Positions 39,214 to 47,969 of a DNA stretch of 64,000 nt are shown here, in pieces. Numbering within the stretch: position 1 is the stretch's first letter; each line of letters begins with the position of its first letter. Under the pieces are notes generated by a model that saw nothing but the letters and a program-made list of their open reading frames with translations, did not search any database and had not been told where the DNA came from. The translations under genes were made by a program, and so were the position numbers. The stretch comes from a virus. Its lineage: Duplodnaviria; Caudoviricetes. The stretch is taken from positions 1 through 64,000 of the IMG/VR virus record IMGVR_UViG_3300033121_001133; one strand, given 5' to 3'.

Positions 39214-40755
39214 ATGGCTTTTGTAACACGCGCATTCAACCAGTTCTACAAACTATTCAATCCGACCAACATTCCGGATCCGAACTGGCATACCGCTAGC
39301 TTCGTGTCAATGGTCACTACTGGTCAATTCAATGCAGGTACCAATTACTCTAGCTCGTATAGAGCTTTATCAGCTTCTTACAGCACATCTGAGAATAAGC
39401 TATGGATGTTTTCAAGCTCATTCATCAATTACCCAGGAGATCCTGTAGTACTTAATAGTAGGGGAGTGATACTACCAGGCTATTCCTATTTAACCACGCG
39501 TTGGATTTCAGCGTCGTTGGCTTTTAGAAACCAAGCCAATCAGCCAGTTTCGATGTCGGCAATACCATGGGGATCTCAAGCGGGGGATTTCTTGTGGAAT
39601 GTGTTAACTCCATCGTGGAGCTTTGTCCAGCAAGGAGGCTACGTCACGTGGATTCCAACCTGGACTTCAAAAAGCTTTCATAGTAGTTTTGCAGCAAATG
39701 GTCACCTGTACGGTATTGGCACATCTAGTGTATATCCTGTAACCAGTAGCTGGAAGGTATTTGATCCTAAGTATTTACCCTTTCAATATGGTACCTCATA
39801 TCCTTCCTCAATCACAGGACCTAGCACGTTTGCTACCCATAGTAGCTGCTACAAGATTCACGTGGATAGTGTAACTGGACGTATAGGAACAGCAGCTGGA
39901 TTGGATCCTATTCGTGATAGGGACTGTTTTAATGAGACCAACAACGCTCCATTTGACCTAGGAGGTGGAGCTGCAATTACTCAACTTGAGGTTTCAGCGA
40001 GCATGGCCGCTCAGCTAGACTTCAGTGCATCAGCCGCACCTTCAGCAATACGAGGTTACGATCAGGCATTGAAGTCCAGGAGGCTATTCTTTCCTATAAC
40101 CTACAGCGGCAGTGGAAACTCACAAGGCTCGGACTACTGGCTAAGGACGTTTACTGGATACAATGCGTCTGATATGTTCAGCGAAAATGGTGGAATCTAC
40201 AGGGTTAGGTTTACACTGAAGCGATGGAATAAGGCATGGGTAGCAAGTGATTCATCATCCTACTCTGGCTCAGCAACTAACTACTACTATAACCCAGCTT
40301 CCAGCTTAACAGAGCTTAATACAGGATCGTGGGATATGTCTACAGCATACCCAGCTGATAATTCGTACATGACCGTTTTCATACACGACGTGCAGTCTAG
40401 GGTTCCTGCACCTTCTGGACGAATTGATGGTGCAGAGGGCTGGTATCCCCCTCAGAACAACATTGTAACCATCGGCAGCGGGTATAGCAATACTCCTGTA
40501 CTTAGTTTTCAGGACGCTCAGTCAGGTTATCTTGAGGAGCAGTTTGAGTTGATACTAGTTCAATATGGTTACCCCGCGCAGCTATGCTTTGAGCCTTCGG
40601 GATCAGGTACATCCTACTGGGGCTGCATCATAGATAATGTTGAGGTGTGTAAGATCGGTGTGACTGAGGACTCACGGTTTATCAAACCTCAATCTGTATC
40701 AACAGCTACATCCCAAAGACGGGGTTATGATTATGAGGCATATGCAAACAAGTAG
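39214..40755 (+). CDS. Ser/Thr/aromatic-rich virion protein
   Basis: 513 aa. The C-terminal IIDNVEV resembles the end of a carbohydrate-binding jelly-roll. Confidence 0.6.
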   Translation: MAFVTRAFNQFYKLFNPTNIPDPNWHTASFVSMVTTGQFNAGTNYSSSYRALSASYSTSENKLWMFSSSFINYPGDPVVLNSRGVILPGYSYLTTRWISASLAFRNQANQPVSMSAIPWGSQAGDFLWNVLTPSWSFVQQGGYVTWIPTWTSKSFHSSFAANGHLYGIGTSSVYPVTSSWKVFDPKYLPFQYGTSYPSSITGPSTFATHSSCYKIHVDSVTGRIGTAAGLDPIRDRDCFNETNNAPFDLGGGAAITQLEVSASMAAQLDFSASAAPSAIRGYDQALKSRRLFFPITYSGSGNSQGSDYWLRTFTGYNASDMFSENGGIYRVRFTLKRWNKAWVASDSSSYSGSATNYYYNPASSLTELNTGSWDMSTAYPADNSYMTVFIHDVQSRVPAPSGRIDGAEGWYPPQNNIVTIGSGYSNTPVLSFQDAQSGYLEEQFELILVQYGYPAQLCFEPSGSGTSYWGCIIDNVEVCKIGVTEDSRFIKPQSVSTATSQRRGYDYEAYANK

Positions 40756-40757
40756 CC

Positions 40758-41306
40758 ATGATCAGCAATAATGCAATACGAAACTGTCGCACTAACTTTC
40801 CTGTACTGAGCATTATCAGTAATGAGCATGTGATGGGAAAGGTAGAGCTAAAAAACATCTACCAGCTGTGGAATGGTCAAAGCATAGATCAAATCAGACA
40901 GCAGACCGGTAATGCTAATCCATACTCAATTAGGATAGGCTCGCCGGCGACTGATGCAGCTATGAAGACCGATCCTGTGTACTTCATACTTGATTATCTA
41001 TCCTACAATCCCAACACTAAAGATATTGAAACCCGCGATCTGATACCATATCGCAATGTGGATAGGGTATATATTGGTCAGTCGGTAGATGAGGCACGAT
41101 ACCAGGACTATAGGCTATTTGTAGATGGAGCAGCTGTAATGGGGGATTTGTACTTGAAGGATATTCCATCCTTGCGAGATAGCTCCTTAGGACAGCTGTT
41201 GGTTCAATTGGTGTCTAGGGTGGAGAAGTTGCAGCAGGAGGTAGTGACATTAAAACGCCAGATCGATAGGCGACATACTTATCATCAAGATGAGTCTATT
41301 ATCTGA
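40758..41306 (+). CDS. hypothetical tail-associated protein with C-terminal coiled coil
   Basis: YRLFVDG motif followed by a LVQLVSRVEKLQQEVVTLK trimerisation-like coil. Confidence 0.6.
   Translation: MISNNAIRNCRTNFPVLSIISNEHVMGKVELKNIYQLWNGQSIDQIRQQTGNANPYSIRIGSPATDAAMKTDPVYFILDYLSYNPNTKDIETRDLIPYRNVDRVYIGQSVDEARYQDYRLFVDGAAVMGDLYLKDIPSLRDSSLGQLLVQLVSRVEKLQQEVVTLKRQIDRRHTYHQDESII
41276..41282 (+). promoter_or_regulatory. putative late promoter TACTTAT
   Basis: 7 nt before ATG 41290. Confidence 0.5.
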
Positions 41307-43143
41307 TTATCTGGCTAGGACCCTATTAGAACAATCTAGTTCAGGAATTGTGGTACTCCTTCCGGGAGGATTCAAGCCACCCCACGCCGGCCACCTAGAC
41401 TTAGTAAAGCGCTACCTGGCGAGACCAGAAGTCAGTCAGGTTAGGATTTTGGTTGGACCAAAGGAGAGGGATGGGATAACTCGTAAGCAAAGTTTGGCTA
41501 TATGGGCTATCCTACTGGCTGGTAACTCAAAGGTGGTAGTAGAATCTGTGCGGGAGGATAATCCTATGTTAGCTGCTTTCAAATACATTGAATCTGCTGA
41601 GCCCGGGACATACGCCCTTGGTTCTAGCGATAAAGGGGATGACTATACGCGCGTCAAGGCTTTCATAGCAAAGCATGCTCCCCGAGGCCCTTACGCTAGG
41701 GCTGGAATTCGTGTAGTCGAGCTGGCAGTATCTGTTAAACCTCTGCTATACAAGAATAGGAAGGACTCACTTTCTGGCAAGCCTATAAGCGCTTCGGTAT
41801 TGCGTGCAGATATTGCATCCAAGGACACTTCAAACATAGCAAGTAATTATCCAGGAGTACCAGCTGAATCTGTTAAGCAAATTACCAAGATACTTCTTAA
41901 TAGGTTGGATGAGGGAGGAGCTGCAGGTCATCTTGCACACCCATACGAGGATATGGATCTGACGTTCTCAGATGTAGAGAATATGATCACAGCTGCACTA
42001 GGTGGGGAAGTAGAGCTTGCGCAGGAGAAGCTGGACGGACAGAACTTAATGGTTTCTTACAGGAATGGTCAGATCGTTGCCGCGCGCAACAAAGGACACG
42101 TTAAGGATTTTGGTGCAAATGCACTCACTCTAACCGAGTTGGAGAGTTTGTTCGCAGGTCGAGGAGCAATTCAGGCAGCGTTTACTGAGGCGATGAGAGA
42201 TTTAGAGCAGGCTATTGGAAAGCTAACCACCTCCCAACGCAGTAAGTTCTTTGGTAATGGTAGAAGGTTCCTCAACTTAGAGGTACTATACCCAGACACT
42301 ACTAACGTAATTCCGTACGGAGCAACTCAACTAAGACTGCATAACATAAGAACCTACGACCAACAAGGTAATGTGGTTTCAGAGAGTCAGGATGAGGCTA
42401 AGATGTTGGATGGGGCGTTAAGACAGGTTCAGGCGGATAATCAGAAGACCTACCAGATAAAGGTTACCAATCCACTAACCATAAAGCGGTCTAAGGACTA
42501 TGAGAACCAGAAGAAGCAACTACTAGATCAGCTAGAGCAGCTTCGCTCCAAGTATCAGTTAACTGCTACCAGTACCCTAGGCGATTACTACACCCAGTGG
42601 TGGTCTGAGAGGATTGATCAACAGGCAGCACAACTAGGTTTTAAGTTGCCATCTAAGCTAAAGAAGGCATTGATTGCGAGGTGGGGATTTGACCGTAAGA
42701 CGGTTGATATTAACACCTTACGTAAGCTGGCTGGGTCAAATGGTGAATTTGTGCAGTGGATCAATAGCATTGAGCAGAGTGTGCGTGATTTACGCAAGCA
42801 AGCTGCTCGCCCTCTAGAAAGTGTGTTTTTGAAGCTAGGTGTGTACACGCTTCAAAATGCAGAGAATCTAATAGCGCTTAATCCTAATCAGAGTCTGAAG
42901 GCTATGAAGCAGCAGCTTAAGAGCACTATTCAAGATATCAAGCGCCTTGCTAGCCAAAGCGAAGATGGAAGTAAGCAGTCGTTGGAGTTTCTCAAGCGTG
43001 AATTAGCTCGATTGAAGGACTTGGGAGGGTTTAGTGCGATTGTTCCTAGTGAGGGATTGGTGTTTAAGTATGACGGCAAACTTTATAAGCTCACCGGATC
43101 TTTCGCACCAGTAAATCAAATTCTAGGTTACCTTAAGTTCTAA
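41290..43143 (+). CDS. fusion of a HIGH-family nucleotidyltransferase (cytidyltransferase-like) and an RNA/DNA-ligase-like adenylation domain
   Basis: N-terminal PGGFKPPHAGH...ISASVLR. C-terminal QEKLDGQN (KxDG), LNLEV, EGLVF, LYKL. Confidence 0.7.
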   Translation: MSLLSDYLARTLLEQSSSGIVVLLPGGFKPPHAGHLDLVKRYLARPEVSQVRILVGPKERDGITRKQSLAIWAILLAGNSKVVVESVREDNPMLAAFKYIESAEPGTYALGSSDKGDDYTRVKAFIAKHAPRGPYARAGIRVVELAVSVKPLLYKNRKDSLSGKPISASVLRADIASKDTSNIASNYPGVPAESVKQITKILLNRLDEGGAAGHLAHPYEDMDLTFSDVENMITAALGGEVELAQEKLDGQNLMVSYRNGQIVAARNKGHVKDFGANALTLTELESLFAGRGAIQAAFTEAMRDLEQAIGKLTTSQRSKFFGNGRRFLNLEVLYPDTTNVIPYGATQLRLHNIRTYDQQGNVVSESQDEAKMLDGALRQVQADNQKTYQIKVTNPLTIKRSKDYENQKKQLLDQLEQLRSKYQLTATSTLGDYYTQWWSERIDQQAAQLGFKLPSKLKKALIARWGFDRKTVDINTLRKLAGSNGEFVQWINSIEQSVRDLRKQAARPLESVFLKLGVYTLQNAENLIALNPNQSLKAMKQQLKSTIQDIKRLASQSEDGSKQSLEFLKRELARLKDLGGFSAIVPSEGLVFKYDGKLYKLTGSFAPVNQILGYLKF

Positions 43144-43239
43144 GGGCGATTTAGCCTGTTAGGTATAAGTAAGGACATCCGCAAAGTCTTAAACATATCC
43201 CACCCAACGCTACAGAAATATACGAGGTTACTGAACTAA
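43144..43239 (+). pseudogene. start-less helix-turn-helix relic
   Basis: Reads GRFSLLGISKDIRKVLNISHPTLQKYTRLLN* with no start codon. Confidence 0.3.
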
Positions 43240-43243
43240 GTTC

Positions 43244-43251
43244 TATTTATA
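43244..43251 (+). promoter_or_regulatory. putative late promoter TATTTATA
   Basis: Intergenic, upstream of ATG 43265. Confidence 0.6.
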
Positions 43252-43264
43252 TCAAAGGCCCAAG

Positions 43265-44164
43265 ATGAAACTGAAGAAACTGCACCAAGAGAGCGTAACC
43301 TTTACCCAGGCTTTAAGGCGAGATTTATCTGCACCTTCTAGTGCAAAACAGAAAGCTTACATTGCAAAAATGCAAGCAGCTAGCGAAGGAAGCTATAGTG
43401 TTGGAGTTCCGGTCAAACTAAGGACTGGAGAAGTTGGTTTGATATCCTTTGTTAAGTCTAACACACTTGAGGTAGAAAAGGTGACAGGAGGAAAGGTAAC
43501 AGTATCCAAAGATCAGATTGAAAAGCTCATCAGCATGGGAGAGTATCTGAGGCTTAGAAGAACAACTCACGAGTCAATGAACCTATCTCAAACCATACGT
43601 AAAATCATTAGAGAAGAGCTGCAGGCCTCCCTCCAGAACAAGGCAAGTAAGGCTAAACCTACCTCTGAAGTGTTTGGGTTGGAGAAGCATGGCCGTGGAG
43701 ACGACCAGATGCTGAGGAAATATCAGAAGGATGCTGAAGCTCAAAGCAAAGCTGGACACGTAGTGCACGTCAATAAGACCGCTGCTGGGTTTGAGTTGTC
43801 TGATATGTACGATGCAGACAGCACCGTTGCTTCCTACGAAAATGGCAAGAAGCTAAACGAGCAGGGTGATGTAGAGAATCTGATGGAGAAGAAGGAGGCA
43901 ATTGCCACCTCTCCTCACACAAACGTTACTCTTCACTTTGATGAAGACTTCAAGCAGGTTGGAGAGAGTGGCGGTCCAGAATCTACTTTCACTATCAGCG
44001 TGTCTTCCACCGGTGGAAAGGAATTCTTCCGATCGGCTGGTGATAGTGAGGAGAGTGCTAAATTAGCACAAGGAGTGCGTCTCGAGTTACGCAGAGCTTT
44101 GAGGCGCTTCGATAAGCACATTGCATTGATTTTACAAAAGTACAAGTATCAATCTCGGTTGTAA
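43265..44164 (+). CDS. putative internal head (poly)protein
   Basis: MKLKKLHQE leader with internal IRKIIREE, LNE and LME sites. Confidence 0.6.
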   Translation: MKLKKLHQESVTFTQALRRDLSAPSSAKQKAYIAKMQAASEGSYSVGVPVKLRTGEVGLISFVKSNTLEVEKVTGGKVTVSKDQIEKLISMGEYLRLRRTTHESMNLSQTIRKIIREELQASLQNKASKAKPTSEVFGLEKHGRGDDQMLRKYQKDAEAQSKAGHVVHVNKTAAGFELSDMYDADSTVASYENGKKLNEQGDVENLMEKKEAIATSPHTNVTLHFDEDFKQVGESGGPESTFTISVSSTGGKEFFRSAGDSEESAKLAQGVRLELRRALRRFDKHIALILQKYKYQSRL

Positions 44165-44691
44165 TGGGAGATCTGTTTCTCAGCATTGGAAGTTCAGCCC
44201 AAAGCCACAAGGAGGGCGATGTGTGGCAGGAGGGCAGCAAGACGTGGACTATTAAGAATGGGATCAAGCGAACAATCAGCAAATTAGCGAGTGTTCGAGA
44301 GGAACATCTAGTCCCGCTATGCTGTCCTAAGTGCAATGGGACAATGAAAGGCCCAGTTAATGAGATTATGTGGAAGGTGCACAAGTCGTGTATCAACTGC
44401 GTTGTGTTGTTTGAGCATGATCTAATCACCAACGGTCAGTGGGAGGCCTATCAGAGAGCTAAGGTAACTGCAAATGCAGAAGCTTTCTGCCTAGATATGG
44501 AAGGTGCTTTACAGGACTATCTTAGTGGAAGCATAGCTCGGTCTAGAGTAACCGAGGACGGGATTGTGGAGAGGTGGAGAGATCCCAACAAAGCCACACT
44601 ACAGCAAATTGCTGATAATGAGCTTAACCAGCTTCGTAATATGATAGACGAATACAAACAAGAACCCAGTGAAGATACTAAAGGGAGTTGA
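44164..44691 (+). CDS. zinc-finger hypothetical protein
   Basis: GDVWQEGSKTWTIKNGIK, then CPKC...CINC. Confidence 0.7.
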   Translation: MGDLFLSIGSSAQSHKEGDVWQEGSKTWTIKNGIKRTISKLASVREEHLVPLCCPKCNGTMKGPVNEIMWKVHKSCINCVVLFEHDLITNGQWEAYQRAKVTANAEAFCLDMEGALQDYLSGSIARSRVTEDGIVERWRDPNKATLQQIADNELNQLRNMIDEYKQEPSEDTKGS

Positions 44692-44695
44692 TCAC

Positions 44696-44730
44696 GTCCT
44701 GATCCCTATAGACTAGGGATAGGGCTTTTG
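44696..44730 (+). terminator. intrinsic terminator-like hairpin
   Basis: gtcct-g-ATCCCTA tagac TAGGGAT-agggc followed by TTTTG, right after stop 44691. Confidence 0.55.
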
Positions 44731-44756
44731 TCTAACCAAAACCGAGTACATGGACG

Positions 44757-44993
44757 GTGATAGTAAAAGGGAGAACGATCAGACAGTGGATTCAAACCAC
44801 ACTACTGATGTCGGGGATGTTCTTCAACCCCCTCGGCTTCGATGCTCTATTCAAGCAGGTTATGGATTGGACCGGCTCCTACTGGACTACGGATGTAATT
44901 TTCTACTGCCTTTCAGCTGTGTGCTTTACATTGTACTACTTATTACAAAGGTCTAAACCTAATGAAACTATCAAAGCTGATTCCAATCCGTGA
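44757..44993 (+). CDS. small two-TM membrane protein
   Basis: LLMSGMFFNPLGFD...VIFYCLSAVCFTLYYLL. GTG start. Confidence 0.55.
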   Translation: MIVKGRTIRQWIQTTLLMSGMFFNPLGFDALFKQVMDWTGSYWTTDVIFYCLSAVCFTLYYLLQRSKPNETIKADSNP

Positions 44994-45633
44994 AGCGGAG
45001 GATGAGGCTAAGTCTAATCCAGATTTAGCTGCAATTCCCTTCTTTCGAGAATTCCACTCAAAACACGGATTTAAGCCGCTCTTCAAGTATATCGGCACCA
45101 AGGGTGGTGAGATGATTTTCATCGCTGATATCGAGGATTTAGGCGCGTTAAACCTGGTAATCAAGGATGCTCAGCTGATTGCGAAAGTTACTGAGAAGGA
45201 GGCCATGTTTGGTGCAGTTTGCACTACAACTGGATTAGACAAATATGACTATCCAATCTGCAAGATGAAGCTGAAGGATGGTCAGATTGAGCATATTTGC
45301 TACGATCCCAAGGATAAAAAGAACTTTGGAGCTGCGGCTACCAAGTTCATGTCTCTCACGGAGACCACAACTGCAGTATCTAGCCAACCAGGATCCTCAA
45401 TTAAGGAAGCCTCAAACAAGGGTCTCTACCCAGTAGATCCTGGGGCAATTGTCAATCTGAAGCGAGCAGTCGCTCAGTTCAACAACTACATAAAGAACAC
45501 CAAGGCCCCTCAACCTGAGTTGTTGGTTCAGTTGGTATTGAATTTGGTGGAGGCAGAGGTTGAGCAGGAGCATGAAGATAATGGTACTAACAAGCGAGGA
45601 GGTAATCCACCTACTCCTTGGGCTGATCTCTAA
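44962..45633 (+). CDS. putative internal head protein
   Basis: MKLSKLIPIRE|A leader with internal LTE and IKEA sites. Confidence 0.6.
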   Translation: MKLSKLIPIREAEDEAKSNPDLAAIPFFREFHSKHGFKPLFKYIGTKGGEMIFIADIEDLGALNLVIKDAQLIAKVTEKEAMFGAVCTTTGLDKYDYPICKMKLKDGQIEHICYDPKDKKNFGAAATKFMSLTETTTAVSSQPGSSIKEASNKGLYPVDPGAIVNLKRAVAQFNNYIKNTKAPQPELLVQLVLNLVEAEVEQEHEDNGTNKRGGNPPTPWADL

Positions 45634-45647
45634 AACTGAAAAATAGC

Positions 45648-46433
45648 ATGGATAACAAGAGACAAAAGGCTAAGCAGGCCAAGGATCAGCTGGTGCGAGA
45701 GCTTATTAGAAAGGAGATTGCCAAAATAACTCAGCAGCTAGGCGAAGGATTCTCTCGCATGGATTATGTTCAACACACCACTAAGCTACCATCTTCAGCA
45801 CGCGATCAAATAAAGCAGTTCATTAGTCGTTTGGGTCTAAAAGCTCTAAGGGGATACATAACTCCATCCGGCCGATCGCTCGTTCTAGAGTATGATTCCC
45901 CGCATGTTAGTATGATGGATAGACCTAATAAGGCTGATCGCGAGCGCATCATGCAGATGATTGCTCACGATGTACCTAAGCTGAAAGGTGCAGGAATTGG
46001 ATTTGCACAGAGTGGGCTTAGAGTGGTTTGTACTATCAAGGATACAGGCATTCAGCCCGTCAGTGAGGCATCCACCGACAGGCAGGGATCCATAACGGCA
46101 TCTACACCAAAGCAAGCTGCCAAGTCTGAACCAAGCTCAGCACCCAAGGTATCTGCTCCACCAGCAAAACCGCAACCAAAGGCTGCTCCTAAGCAGCAGC
46201 CTGAAAAGCCTGAGAACAAACCTCAACCTGATCAGCAAGAAAAGCCACAAGACACAGATGCTGAGTTGGCATCGATGACGGCCGGCTTTATTCAGAAGAT
46301 CAAGCATAGTGTGGGAAGTCCTACGCCAGAGAGTCTGACAACTATGATAACCTCACTAATCCAGGCTTGGGGACTTACCAGTGAAGATAAACTTGCAATA
46401 CTAAAAACAGTTCGCAACACCACTGTGCGATAA
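45648..46433 (+). CDS. hypothetical protein (putative head protein) with Pro/Lys/Gln linker
   Basis: LVRELIRKEI, LGE and VSEA sites. Confidence 0.6.
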   Translation: MDNKRQKAKQAKDQLVRELIRKEIAKITQQLGEGFSRMDYVQHTTKLPSSARDQIKQFISRLGLKALRGYITPSGRSLVLEYDSPHVSMMDRPNKADRERIMQMIAHDVPKLKGAGIGFAQSGLRVVCTIKDTGIQPVSEASTDRQGSITASTPKQAAKSEPSSAPKVSAPPAKPQPKAAPKQQPEKPENKPQPDQQEKPQDTDAELASMTAGFIQKIKHSVGSPTPESLTTMITSLIQAWGLTSEDKLAILKTVRNTTVR

Positions 46434-46438
46434 GCTCT

Positions 46439-46801
46439 ATGGAAAAGGGCAAGGTTGATATTGTTACGTTGGTTCTTGTCTGCTTGGTTATTCTGCTAGG
46501 CGGTTACATTATTAGCTCTAGAAGTCATGTTGACTACAATCAATCCAACCACAGACTGGACAGCTTGAACCAAGTAATGTCTAGACTGCAGCGTGAGCAG
46601 CTAGAAAGCGATAGCATACTACGTATGTATGAGATGCGATATCAAGCTATTGAGCTAGAAAAGCAATCTCTAAGTAAAGAACTCGAAGCTACACGACAAT
46701 TCTATGGTAAAGCTATTAGGGATATTGGTAAGCTGTCTACTGCTCAACTTGACAGCTTTTTCACAGACCGGTACGATCGTACTAGATTACAGCACCGCTA
46801 A
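46439..46801 (+). CDS. inner-membrane anchored coiled-coil protein (i-spanin-like)
   Basis: N-terminal TM helix and coiled coil, overlapped 98 nt by the next gene. Confidence 0.55.
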   Translation: MEKGKVDIVTLVLVCLVILLGGYIISSRSHVDYNQSNHRLDSLNQVMSRLQREQLESDSILRMYEMRYQAIELEKQSLSKELEATRQFYGKAIRDIGKLSTAQLDSFFTDRYDRTRLQHR

Positions 46802-47105
46802 ACAGGTCGCAGAAGATTTGCTTAGAGGAGATTCTGCTGCAGCGGAATTGAAAGTTGCTAACAGGACTTTAACGGTACTAGAGACTCAACTAGCCGTTCG
46901 TAATAGTGAGATGGCTGAGATGAGGCGTAAGCAGGACAACTATCTCACTCAATTAGGCACTCTAAACGAAAAGGAGTCAATCTACCTTGGGCTGAATGAT
47001 CAGCTAACAAAGGACAATCGAAGATTGAAGGTTGAGGTCAAGATACTAGGAGCAACGGCTTCAGTTAGCATGGTAATCGCAACTGTTGCATTATTACTAC
47101 GCTAA
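46704..47105 (+). CDS. exported coiled-coil protein with C-terminal hydrophobic anchor (spanin-partner-like)
   Basis: MVKLLGILVSCLLLNLTAFS|Q signal and a C-terminal VKILGATASVSMVIATVALLLR. Confidence 0.55.
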   Translation: MVKLLGILVSCLLLNLTAFSQTGTIVLDYSTAKQVAEDLLRGDSAAAELKVANRTLTVLETQLAVRNSEMAEMRRKQDNYLTQLGTLNEKESIYLGLNDQLTKDNRRLKVEVKILGATASVSMVIATVALLLR

Positions 47106-47106
47106 C

Positions 47107-47952
47107 ATGAGCAATCCCAGCCTCAAGGAGCTAATCAAAAAGGAGTACGTTAAATGTGCTACGTCTCCTGCGTACTTCATGAAGAAGTATTGTATGATTC
47201 AGCATCCAACTAAAGGGAAGATCCCATTCCACCTCTATCAATTCCAGGAGGACACTCTACAAGATTTTACTGAGCATGATAGACTAGTGATTCTGAAGTC
47301 TAGACAGCTAGGAATCTCCACGCTGATCGCTGGATACGCTTTATGGTTGATTTTGTTCCACAGCGATAAGAACTGCCTGGTTGTAGCTATCGATCAAGCA
47401 ACCTCAAAGAACCTAGTAACTAAGGTTCGAGTAATGTATGATTGTCTGCCTAGCTGGCTGCGAATCAAGTTTGTTGAAAGGAACAAGCTATCAATGAGGC
47501 TGTCAAACGGATCACAAATCAAGGCAGTTGCTAGCACAGGTACCTCAGGTCGATCAGAAGCGCTATCTCTAGTAATCATCGATGAAGCAGCGTTCGTAGA
47601 AGGAGCGGAAGATTTGTGGGCATCATTGCAGCAGACTCTATCTACTGGGGGTCAAGGTATTATCCTATCAACTCCTAACGGTACCGGTAACTTCTTCCAC
47701 AAGATGTGGATTAAGGCAGAGAACAATGAGTTCAGTGTGCCTTACAAAGCAATTAGACTACCGTGGACCGTTCACCCAGAACGCGATGCTGCATGGAGAA
47801 TGAGACAGGATCAAGAGCTTGGTCCTCGACTTGCCGCTCAGGAGTGTGACTGCCTCTGGGGTCAGAGCACCATTATCGTACAGGATGAGGACGGAAGAGA
47901 GTTTGAAATCTCTCTAGAAGATCTATACGATCATTTACAAGAGGGCGACTAG
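47107..47952 (+). CDS. terL: terminase large subunit, N-terminal ATPase half, fused to split-intein N fragment
   Basis: gp17-like motifs: PFHLYQFQ, LKSRQLGIST (Walker A), VIIDEAAF (Walker B), LSTPNG, RLPWTVHP. Ends AQECD|CLWGQ...; start ATG 47107. Confidence 0.92.
   Translation: MSNPSLKELIKKEYVKCATSPAYFMKKYCMIQHPTKGKIPFHLYQFQEDTLQDFTEHDRLVILKSRQLGISTLIAGYALWLILFHSDKNCLVVAIDQATSKNLVTKVRVMYDCLPSWLRIKFVERNKLSMRLSNGSQIKAVASTGTSGRSEALSLVIIDEAAFVEGAEDLWASLQQTLSTGGQGIILSTPNGTGNFFHKMWIKAENNEFSVPYKAIRLPWTVHPERDAAWRMRQDQELGPRLAAQECDCLWGQSTIIVQDEDGREFEISLEDLYDHLQEGD
47851..47949 (+). mobile_element. split intein N fragment (IntN, 33 aa)
   Basis: CLWGQSTIIVQDEDGREFEISLEDLYDHLQEGD: Cys1 block A and the I..L.. 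helix, then a stop. Confidence 0.85.
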
Positions 47953-47969
47953 TTATAATAAACGCACTC

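Noticed and set aside
44750-44956. Alternative 68-aa ORF overlapping 44757..44993
   Set aside because: The other frame gives a coherent two-TM protein, while this one looks like a shadow.
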